A stretch of 64,000 nucleotides of DNA from Balanoglossus misakiensis (lineage: Eukaryota; Animalia; Hemichordata): the NCBI GenBank assembly GCA_040954595.2, contig CM082598.2, positions 8,695,097 through 8,759,096 of the forward strand. The letters run 5' to 3'. The translations under genes and the position numbers were made by a program. Positions 53,133 through 64,000 of the stretch are shown piece after piece. Position 1 is the stretch's first letter. Each line of letters opens with the position of its first letter. The notes under the pieces are model-generated. The model did not search any database. It was not told the DNA's origin and saw only the letters and a program-made list of their open reading frames with translations.

Positions 53133-56100
53133 GATGGCGGCAATACATTCTCTGCCATCGTTTCTCCCCTCCCAAGAATGGCGGCAATACATTCTCTGCC
53201 ATCGTTTCTCCCCTCCCAAGAATGGCGGCAATACATTCTCTGCAGTCGTTTCTCCCCTCCCAAGAATGGCGTCAACAAACTCTCAGCCCATATTTCTCCC
53301 CTCCCAAGGATGGCGACATTAAATTCTCTGCCATCATTTCTCCCCTCCCAAGAATGGCGGCAATACATTCTCTGCCATCGTTTCTCCCCTCCCAAGAATG
53401 GCGTCAACAAACTCTCAGCCCACATTTCTCCCCTCCCAAGGATGGCGACATTAAATTCTCAGCCCTTATATCTCCCCTCCCAAGAATGGCGGCAACAAAC
53501 TCTCAGCCCCTATTTCTCCCCTCCCAAGAATGGCGGCAACAAACTCTCAACCCTTATTTCTCCCCTCCCAATAATGGCGGCAACAAATTCTCTGCCATCA
53601 TTTCTCCTCTCCCAAGGAAGGCGACAATAAATTCTCAGCCGTTATTTCTCCCCTCCCAAGAATGGCGGCCACAAACTCTCAGCCCTTATTTCTCCCCTCC
53701 CAAGGATGGCGACATTAAATTCTCTGTCATCATTTCTCCCCTCCAAAGAATGGCGGCAAGAAATTCTCAGCCATCATTTCTCCCCTCCCAAGGATGGCGA
53801 CAATAAATTCTCTGCCATCATTTCTCCCCTCCAGAGAATGGCGGCAACAAACTCTCAGCCCTTATTTCTCCCCTCTCAAAAATGGCGGCAACAAATTCTC
53901 TGCTATCATTTCTCCCCTCCCAATAATGGCGGCAACAAACTCTAAGCCCTTATTTCTCCCCTCCCAATAATGGCGGCAACAAACTATCAGCCCTTATTTC
54001 TCCCCTCCCAAGGATGGCGGCAATACATTATCTGCCACCGTTTCTCCCCTCCCAAGAATGGCGTCAACAAACTCTTAGCCCTAATTCCTCCCCTCCCAAG
54101 GATGGCGACAATAAATTCTCTGTCATCGTTTCTCCCCTCCAGAGAATGGCGGCAACAAACTCTCAGCCCTTATTTCTCCCCTCCCAAGGATGGCGACATT
54201 AAATTCTCTGTCATCGTTTCTCCCCTCCCAAGAATGGCGTCAACAAATTCTCAGCCATCAGTTCTCCCCTCCAAAGGATAGCGACAATAAATTCTCTGTC
54301 ATCATTTCTTCCCTCCAAAGAATGGCGGCAATAAACTCTCAGCCCTTATTTCTCCCCTCCCAATAATGGCGGCAACAAACTCTCAGCCCTTATTTCTCCC
54401 CTCCCAAGGATGGCGACAATAAATTCTGTGCCATCGTTTCTCCCCTCCCAAGAATGGCGTCAACAAATTCTCAGCCATCAGTTCTCCCCTCCCAAGGATA
54501 GCGACAATAAATTCTCTGTCATCATTTCTTCCCTCCAAAGAATGGCGGCAATAAACTCTCAGCCCTTATTTCTCCCCTCCCAATAATGGCGGCAACAAAC
54601 TCTCAGCCGTTATTTCTCCCCTCCCAAGAATGGTGGCAACAAACTCTCAGCCCTTATTTCTCCCCTCCCAATAATGGCGGCAACAAATGCCCTGCCATCA
54701 TTTCTCCTCTCCCAAGGAAGGCGACAATAAATTCTCTGCCATCGTTTCTCCCCTACAGAGAATGGCGGCAACAAACTCACAGCCCTTATTTCTCCCCTCC
54801 AAAGAATGGCGGCAACAAACTCTCAGCCCTTAATTCTCCCCTCCCAATAATGGCGGCAACAAATTTCTCTTCTCCCAAGGATGGCGACAATAAATTCTCT
54901 GCCATCGTTTCTCCCCTCCAGAGAATTGGGGCAACAAACTCTCAGCCCTTATTTCTCCCCTCCCAAAAATGGCGACAACAAACTCTCAGCCCTTAATTCT
55001 CCCCTCCCAATAATGGCGGCAACAAATTCTCTGCCATCATTTCTCCTCTCCCAAAGATGGCGACAATAAATTCTCTGCCATCGTTTCTCCCCTCCAGAGA
55101 ATGGCAGCAACAAACTCTCAGCCGTTATTTTTCCCCTCCCAAGAATGGCGGCAACAAACTCTCAGCCCTTATTTCTCCCCTCCCAAGGATGGCGACATTA
55201 AATTCTCTGTCATCATTTCTCCCCTCCAAAGAATGGCGGCAACAAATTCTAAGCTATCATTTCTCCCCTCCCAAGGATAGCGACAATAAATTTTCTGCCA
55301 TCGTTTCTCCGCTCCCAATAATGGCGGCAACAAACTCACAGCCCTTATTTCTCCCCTCCAAAGAATGGCGGCAACAAATTTCTCTTCTCCCAAGGATGGC
55401 GACAATAAATTCTCTGCCATCGTTTCTCCCCTCCAGAGAATGGCGGCAACAAACTCTCAGCCCTTATTTCTCCCCTCCCAAAAATGGCGGCAACAAACTC
55501 TCAGCCCTTAATTCTCCCCTCCCAATAATGGCGGCAACAAATTCTCTGCCATCATTTCTCCTCTCCCAAAGATGGCGACAATAAATTCTCTGCCATCGTT
55601 TCTCCCCTCCAGAGAATGGCAGCAACAAACTCTCAGCCCTTATTTCTCCCCTCCCAAAAATGGCGGCAACAAACTCTCAGCCCTTAATTCTCCCCTCCCA
55701 ATAATGGCGGCAACAAATTCTCTGCCATCATTTCTCCTCTCCCAAAGATGGCGACAATAAATTCTCTGCCATCGTTTCTCCCCTCCAGAGAATGGCAGCA
55801 ACAAACTCTCAGCCGTTATTTTTCCCCTCCCAAGAATGGCGGCAATACATTCTCTGCCATCATTTCTCCCCTCCCAAGAATGGCGTCAACAAATTCTCAG
55901 CCATCAGTTCTCCCCTCCCAAGGATAGCGACAATAAATTCTCTGTCATCATTTCTCCCCTCCAAAGAATGGCGGCAACAAACTCTCAGCCCTTATTTCTC
56001 CCCTCCCAATAATGGCGGCAACAAACTCTCAGCCGTTATTTCTCCCCTCCCAAGAATGGTGGCAACAAACTCTCAGCCCTTATTTCTCCCCTCCCAATAA

Positions 56101-59100
56101 TGGCGGCAACAAATTCCCTGCCATCATTTCTCCTCTCCCAAGGAAGGCGACAATAAATTCTCTGCCATCGTTTCTCCCCTACAGAGAATGGCGGCAACAA
56201 ACTCTCAGCCGTTATTTCTCCACTCCCAAGAATGGCGGCCACAAACTCTCAGCCGTTATTTCTCCCCTCCCAAGAATGGCGGCAACAAACTCTCAGCCCT
56301 TATTTCTCCCCTCCCAAGGATGGCGACATTAAATTCTCTGTCATCATTTCTCCCCTCCAAAGAATGGCGGCAACAAATTCTAAGCTATCATTTCTCCCCT
56401 CCCAAGGATAGCGACAATAAATTTTCTGCCATCGTTTCTCCCCTCCCAATAATGGCGGCAACAAACTCACAGCCCTTATTTCTCCCCTCCAAAGAATGGC
56501 GGCAACAAATTTCTCTTCTCCCAAGGATGGCGACAATAAATTCTCTGCCATCGTTTCTCCCCTCCAGAGAATGGCGGCAATACACTCTCAGCCCTTATTT
56601 CTCCCCTCCCAAAAATGGCGGCAACAAACTCTCAGCCCTTAATTCTCCCCTCCCAATAATGGCGGCAACAAATTCTCTGCCATCATTTCTCCTCTCCCAA
56701 AGATGGCGACAATAAATTCTCTGCCATCGTTTCTCCCCTCCAGAGAATGGCAGCAACAAACTCTCAGCCGTTATTTTTCCCCTCCCAAGAATGGCGGCAA
56801 TACATTCTCTGCCATCATTTCTCCCCTCCCAAGAATGGCGGCAACAAACTCTCAGCCGTTATTTCTCCCCTCCCAAGGATAGCGACAATAAATTCTCTGT
56901 CATCATTTCTCCCCTCCAAAGAATGGCGGTAACAAACTCTCAGCCCTTATTTCTCCCCTCCCAATAATGGCGGCAACAAACTCTCAGCCGTTATTTCTCC
57001 CCTCCCAAGAATGGTGGCAACAAACTCTCAGCCCTTATTTCTCCCCTCCCAATAATGGCGGCAACAAATTCCCTGCCATCATTTCTCCTCTCCCAAGGAA
57101 GGCGACAATAAATTCTCTGCCATCATTTCTCCCCTCCCAAGGATGGCGACATTAAATTCTCTGTCATCATTTCTCCCCTCCAAAGAATGGCGGCAACAAA
57201 TTCTAAGCTATCATTTCTCCCCTCCCAAGGATAGCGACAATAAATTTTCTGCCATCGTTTCTCCCCTCCCAATAATGGCGGCAACAAACTCACAGCCCTT
57301 ATTTCTCCCCTCCAAAGAATGGCGGCAACAAATTTCTCTTCTCCCAAGGATGGCGACAATAAATTCTCTGCCATCGTTTCTCCCCTCCAGAGAATGGCGG
57401 CAATACACTCTCAGCCCTTATTTCTCCCCTCCCAAAAATGGCGGCAACAAACTCTCAGCCCTTAATTCTCCCCTCCCAATAATGGCGGCAACAAATTCTC
57501 TGCCATCATTTCTCCTCTCCCAAAGATGGCGACAATAAATTCTCTGCCATCGTTTCTCCCCTCCAGAGAATGGCAGCAACAAACTCTCAGCCGTTATTTT
57601 TCCCCTCCCAAGAATGGCGGCAATACATTCTCTGCCATCATTTCTCCCCTCCCAAGAATGGCGGCAACAAACTCTCAGCCGTTATTTCTCCCCTCCCAAG
57701 AATGGTGTCAACAAATTCTCAGCCATCAGTTCTCCCCTCCCAAGGATAGCGACAATAAATTCTCTGTCATCATTTCTCCCCTCCAAAGAATGGCGGCAAC
57801 AAACTCTCAGCCCTTATTTCTCCCCTCCCAATAATGGCGGCAACAAACTCTCAGCCGTTATTTCTCCCCTCCCAAGAATGGTGGCAACAAACTCTCAGCC
57901 CTTATTTCTCCCCTCCCAATAATGGCGGCAACAAATTCTAAGCTATCATTTCTTCCCTCCCAAGGATAGCGACAATAAATTTTCTGCCATCGTTTCTCCC
58001 CTCCAGAGAATGGCGGCAATACACTCTCAGCCCTTATTTCTCCCCTCCCAAAAATGGCGGCAACAAACTCTCAGCCCTTAATTCTCCCCTCCCAATAATG
58101 GCGGCAACAAATTCTCTGCCATCATTTCTCCTCTCCCAAAGATGGCGACAATAAATTCTCTGCCATCGTTTCTCCCCTCCAGAGAATGGCAGCAACAAAC
58201 TCTCAGCCGTTATTTTTCCCCTCCCAAGAATGGCGGCAATACATTCTCTGCCATCATTTCTCCCCTCCCAAGAATGGCGGCAACAAACTCTCAGCCGTTA
58301 TTTCTCCCCTCCCAAGAATGGTGTCAACAAATTCTCAGCCATCAGTTCTCCCCTCCCAAGGATAGCGACAATAAATTCTCTGTCATCATTTCTCCCCTCC
58401 AAAGAATGGCGGCAACAAACTCTCAGCCCTTATTTCTCCCCTCCCAATAATGGCGGCAACAAACTCTCAGCCGTTATTTCTCCCCTCCCAAGAATGGTGG
58501 CAACAAACTCTCAGCCCTTATTTCTCCCCTCCCAATAATGGCGGCAACAAATTCCCTGCCATCATTTCTCCTCTCCCAAGGAAGGCGACAATAAATTCTC
58601 TGCCATCGTTTCTCCCCTACAGAGAATGGCGGCAACAAACTCTCAGCCGTTATTTCTCCCCTCCCAAGAATGGCGGCCACAAACTCTCAGCCGTTATTTC
58701 TCCCCTCCCAAGAATGGCGGCAACAAACTCTCAGCCCTTATTTCTCCCCTCCCAAGGATGGCGACATTAAATTCTCTGTCATCATTTCTCCCCTCCAAAG
58801 AATGGCGGCAACAAATTCTAAGCTATCATTTCTCCCCTCCCAAGGATAGCGACAATAAATTTTCTGCCATCATTTCTCCCCTCCAAAGAATGGCGGTAAC
58901 AAAGTCTCAGCCCTTATTTCTCCCCTCCCAATAATGGCGGCAACAAACTCTCAGCCGTTATTTCTCCCCTCCCAAGAATGGTGGCAACAAACTCTCAGCC
59001 CTTATTTCTCCCCTCCCAATAATGGCGGCAACAAATTCCCTGCCATCATTTCTCCTCTCCCAAGGAAGGCGACAATAAATTCTCTGCCATCATTTCTCCC

Positions 59101-62100
59101 CTCCCAAGGATGGCGACATTAAATTCTCTGTCATCATTTCTCCCCTCCAAAGAATGGCGGCAACAAATTCTAAGCTATCATTTCTCCCCTCCCAAGGATA
59201 GCGACAATAAATTTTCTGCCATCGTTTCTCCCCTCCCAATAATGGCGGCAACAAACTCACAGCCCTTATTTCTCCCCTCCAAAGAATGGCGGCAACAAAT
59301 TTCTCTTCTCCCAAGGATGGCGACAATAAATTCTCTGCCATCGTTTCTCCCCTCCAGAGAATGGCGGCAATACACTCTCAGCCCTTATTTCTCCCCTCCC
59401 AAAAATGGCGGCAACAAACTCTCAGCCCTTAATTCTCCCCTCCCAATAATGGCGGCAACAAATTCTCTGCCATCATTTCTCCTCTCCCAAAGATGGCGAC
59501 AATAAATTCTCTGCCATCGTTTCTCCCCTCCAGAGAATGGCAGCAACAAACTCTCAGCCGTTATTTTTCCCCTCCCAAGAATGGCGGCAATACATTCTCT
59601 GCCATCATTTCTCCCCTCCCAAGAATGGCGGCAACAAACTCTCAGCCGTTATTTCTCCCCTCCCAAGAATGGTGTCAACAAATTCTCAGCCATCAGTTCT
59701 CCCCTCCCAAGGATAGCGACAATAAATTCTCTGTCATCATTTCTCCCCTCCAAAGAATGGCGGCAACAAACTCTCAGCCCTTATTTCTCCCCTCCCAATA
59801 ATGGCGGCAACAAACTCTCAGCCGTTATTTCTCCCCTCCCAAGAATGGTGGCAACAAACTCTCAGCCCTTATTTCTCCCCTCCCAATAATGGCGGCAACA
59901 AATTCCCTGCCATCATTTCTCCTCTCCCAAGGAAGGCGACAAAAAAATTCTCTGCCATCGTTTCTCCCCTACAGAGAATGGCGGCAACAAAGTCTCAGCC
60001 GTTATTTCTCCCATCCCAAGAATGGCGGCCACAAACTCTCAGCCGTTATTTCTCCCCTCCCAAGAATGGCGGCAACAAACTCTCAGCCCTTATTTCTCCC
60101 CTCCCAAGGATGGCGACATTAAATTCTCTGTCATCATTTCTCCCCTCCAAAGAATGGCGGCATCAAATTCTAAGCTATCATTTCTTCCCTCCCAAGGATA
60201 GCGACAATAAATTTTCTGCCATCGTTTCTCCCCTCCCAATAATGGCGGCAACAAACTCACAGCCCTTATTTCTCCCCTCCCAAAAATGGCGGCAACAAAC
60301 TCTCAGCCCTTATTTCTCCCCTCCCAAAAATGGCGGCAACAAACTCTCAGCCCTTAATTCTCCCCTCCCAATAATGGCGATAACAAATTCTCTGCCATCA
60401 TTTCTCCTCTCCCAAAAATGCCGACAATAAATTCTCTGCCATCGTTTCTCCGCTCCAGAGAATGGCAGCAACAAACTCTCAGCCGTTATTTTTCCCCTCC
60501 CAAGAATGGCGGCAATACATTCTCTGCCATCATTTCTCCCCTCCCAAGAATGGCGGCAACAAACTCTCAGCCGTTATTTCTCCCCTCCCAAGAATGGCGG
60601 CAACAAACTCTCAGCCGTTATTTCTCCCCTACCAAGAATGGCGGCAACAAACTCTCAGCCCTTATTTCTCCCCTCCCAAGAATGGCGTCAATAAACTCTC
60701 AGCCCTTATTTCTCCCCTCCCAAGGATGGCGACAATAAATTCTCTGCCATCGATTCTCCCCTCCAGAGAATGGCGGCAACAAACTCTCAGGCCCTTATTT
60801 CTCCCCTCCCAAGGATGGCGACAATAAATTCTCTGCCATCGTTTCTCCCCTCCAGAGAATGGCGGCAACAAACTCTCAGCCATCATTTCTCCCCTCCCAA
60901 GGATGGCGGCAATAAATTCTCTGCCATCATTTCTCCCCTCTAAAGAATGGCGGCAACAAACTCTCAGCCATCGTTTCTCCCCTCCCAAGAATGGTGGCAA
61001 CAAACTCTCAGCCATCATTTCTCCCCTCCCTAAAATGGCGGCAACAAATTCTCTGCTATCATTTCTCCCCTCCCAATAATGGCGGCAACAAATCTTAGCC
61101 CTTATTTCTCCCCTCCCAAGAATGGCGGCAACAAACTCTAAGCCCTTATTTCTCCCCTCCAAATAATGGCGGCAACAAAATATCAGCCCTTATTTGTCCC
61201 CTCCCAAGAATGGCGGCAACAAACTCTCAGCCCCTATTTCTCCCCTCCCAAGAATGGCGGCAACAAACTCTCAGCCATCGTTTCTCCCCTCCCAAGAATG
61301 GTGGCAACAAACTCTCAGCCCTTATTTCTCCCCTCCCAATAATGGCGGCAACAAATTCCCTGCCATCATTTCTCCTCTCCCAAGGAAGGCGGCAACAAAT
61401 TCTCAGCCCTTATTTCTCCCCTCCCAAGGATAGCGACAATAAATTCTGTGCCATCGTTTCTCCCCTCCCAAGAATGGCGTCAACAAATTCTCAGCCATCA
61501 GTTCTCCCCTCCCAAGGATAGCGACAATAAATTCTCTGTCATCATTTCTCCCCTCCAAAGAATGGCGGCAATAAACTCTCAGCCCTTATTTCTCCCCTCC
61601 CAATAATGGCGGCAACAAACTCTCAGCCCTTATTTCTCCCCTCCCAAAAATGGCGACAACAAACTCTCAGCCCTTAATTCTCCCCTCCCAATAATGGCGG
61701 CAACAAATTCTCTGCCATCATTTCTCCTCTCCCAAAGATGGCGACAATAAATTCTCTGCCATCGTTTCTCCCCTCCAGAGAATGGCAGCAACAAACTCTC
61801 AGCCGTTATTTTTCCCCTCCCAAGAATGGCGGCAACAAACTCTCAGCCCTTATTTCTCCCCTCCCAAGGATGGCGACATTAAATTCTCTGTCATCATTTC
61901 TCCCCTCCAAAGAATGGCGGCAGCAAATTCTAAGCTATCATTTCTCCCCTCCCAAGGATAGCGACAATAAATTTTCTGCCATCTTTTCTCCCCTCCCAAT
62001 AATGGCGGCAACAAACTCACAGCCCTTATTTCTCCCCTCCAAAGAATGGCGGCAACAAATTTCTCTTCTCCCAAGGATGGCGACAATAAATTCTCTGCCA

Positions 62101-64000
62101 TCGTTTCTCCCCTCCAGAGAATGGCGGCAACAAACTCTCAGCCCTTATTTCTCCCCTCCCAAAAATGGCGGCTACAAACTCTCAGCCCTTAATTCTCCCC
62201 TCCCAATAATGGCGGCAACAAACTCTCAGCCCTTATTTCTCCCCTCCCAAAAATGGCGACAACAAACTCTCAGCCCTTAATTCTCCCCTCCCAATAATGG
62301 CGGCAACAAATTCTCTGCCATCATTTCTCCTCTCCCAAAGATGGCGACAATAAATTCTCTGCCATCGTTTCTCCCCTCCAGAGAATGGCGACAATAAATT
62401 CTCTGTCATCATTTCTCCCCTCCAAAGAATGGCGACAATAAACTCTCAGCCCTTATTTCTCCCCTCCCAATAATGGCGGCAACAAACTCTCAGCCCTTAT
62501 TTCTCCCCTCCCAAAAATGGCGACAACAAACTCTCAGCCCTTAATTCTCCCCTCCCAATAATGGCGGCAACAAATTCTCTGCCATCATTTCTCCTCTCCC
62601 AAAGATGGCGACAATAAATTCTCTGTCATCATTTCTCCCCTCCAAAGAATGGCGGCAACAAATTCTAAGCTATCATTTCTCCTCTCCCAAAGATGGCGAC
62701 AATAAATTCTCTGCCATCGTTTCTCCCCTCCAGAGAATGGCAGCAACAAACTCTCAGCCGTTATTTTTCCCCTCCCAAGAATGGCGGCAATACATTCTCT
62801 GCCATCATTTCTCCTCTCCCAAGAATGGCGGCAACAAACTCTCAGCCGTTATTTCTCCCCTCCCAAGAATGGCGGCAACAAACTCTCAGCCCTTAATTCT
62901 CCCCTCCCAATAATGGCGGCAACAAATTCTCTGCCATCATTTCTCCTCTCCCAAAGATGGCGACAATAAATTCTCTGCCATCGTTTCTCCCCTCCAGAGA
63001 CTGGCAGCAACAAACTCTCAGCCCTTATTTCTCCCCTCCCAAGGAAGGCGACAATAAATTCTCTGCCATCGATTCTCCCCTCCAGAGAATGGCGGCAACA
63101 AACTCTCAGGCCCTTATTTCTCCCCTCCCAAGGATGGCGACAATAAATTCTCTGCCATCGATTCTCCCCTCCAGAGAATGGCGGCAACAAACTCTCAGCC
63201 ATCGTTTCTCCCCTCCCAAGAATGGCGGCAACAAACTCTAAGCCCTTATTTCTCCCCTCCAAATAATGGCGGCAACAAAATATCAGCCCTTATTTCTCCC
63301 CTCCCAATAATGGCGGCAACAAATTCCCTGCCATCATTTCTCCTCTCCCAAGGAAGGCGGCAACAAATTCTCAGCCCTTATTTCTCCCCTCCCAAGGATA
63401 GCGACAATAAATTCTGTGCCATCGTTTCTCCCCTCCCAAGAATGGCGTCAACAAATTCTCAGCCATCAGTTCTCCCCTCCCAAGGATAGCGACAATAAAT
63501 TCTCTGTCATCATTTCTCCCCTCCAAAGAATGGCGGCAATAAACTCTCAGCCCTTATTTCTCCCCTCCCAATAATGGCGGCAAGAAACTCTCAGCCATCG
63601 TTTCTCCCCTCCCAAAAATGGCGACAACAAACTCTCAGCCCTTAATTCTCCCCTCCCAATAATGGCGGCAACAAATTCTCTGCCATCATTTCTCCTCTCC
63701 CAAAGATGGCGACAATAAATTCTCTGCCATCGTTTCTCCCCTCCAGAGAATGGCAGCAACAAACTCTCAGCCGTTATTTCTCCCCTCCCAAGAATGGCGG
63801 CCACAAACTCTCAGCCGTTATTTCTCCCCTCCCAAGAATGGCGGCAACAAACTCTCAGCCCTTATTTCTCCCCTCCCAAGGATGGCGACATTAAATTCTC
63901 TGCCATCGTTTCTCCCCTCCAGAGAATGGCGGCAACAAACTCTCAGCCCTTATTTCTCCCCTCCCAATAATGGCGGCAACAAACTCTCAGCCGTTATTTC
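53133..64000 (+). repeat. 44-bp satellite array, block E, a distinct subfamily, about 247 monomers; continues off the right edge
   Basis: Enriched in cccaataatgg, cccaaggat(g/a)g, ccagagaatgg, ccaaagaatgg and cagcccttatt variants, plus a recurrent 31-bp deleted monomer. Confidence 0.97.

Noticed and set aside
43-63894. Hundreds of ORFs with MAATNSLPSFLPSQEWRQQ-type repeats, up to 631 aa
   Set aside because: They are translations of the 44-bp satellite. Three monomers give a 44-aa cycle seen in all frames, and the strand follows array orientation. There is no frame-preserving constraint, since 43-, 31- and 45+-bp monomers occur.
1-64000. CRISPR-like appearance of constant plus variable segments
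   Set aside because: The variable parts are point variants of one sequence, not unique spacers. No cas genes, and the context is eukaryotic.

Overview
Eukaryotic, probably metazoan, heterochromatin-like window. About 55 kb is one tandem array of a 44-bp satellite (consensus AAGAATGGCGGCAACAAACTCTCTGCCATCATTTCTCCCCTCCC, roughly 1,250 monomers). The array switches orientation twice, at 17772/17773 and 48479/48480, and shows layered higher-order duplications and regional subfamilies. It has two insertions. (1) A 5.3-kb non-autonomous foldback-type DNA transposon (23390-28689) with TATGG...CCATA termini and a 6-bp TSD (AGAGAA), the signature of the IS3EU superfamily. Its kb-long inverted arms are built largely of a 22-bp minisatellite, and a 1.4-kb Helentron-type non-autonomous element (HINE/DINE-1-like, 25327-26740) is nested in its right arm. 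(2) A 5'-truncated CR1/L2-group LINE on the minus strand (49547-53132) with a two-zinc-knuckle ORF1 remnant, an APE+RT ORF2 broken by one homopolymer frameshift, and a (TAA)n tail. ORF1 and ORF2 are in the same frame, separated by a single TGA, with no ATG for ORF2. All other listed ORFs are translations of tandem repeats. I see no host gene, RNA gene or CRISPR array.
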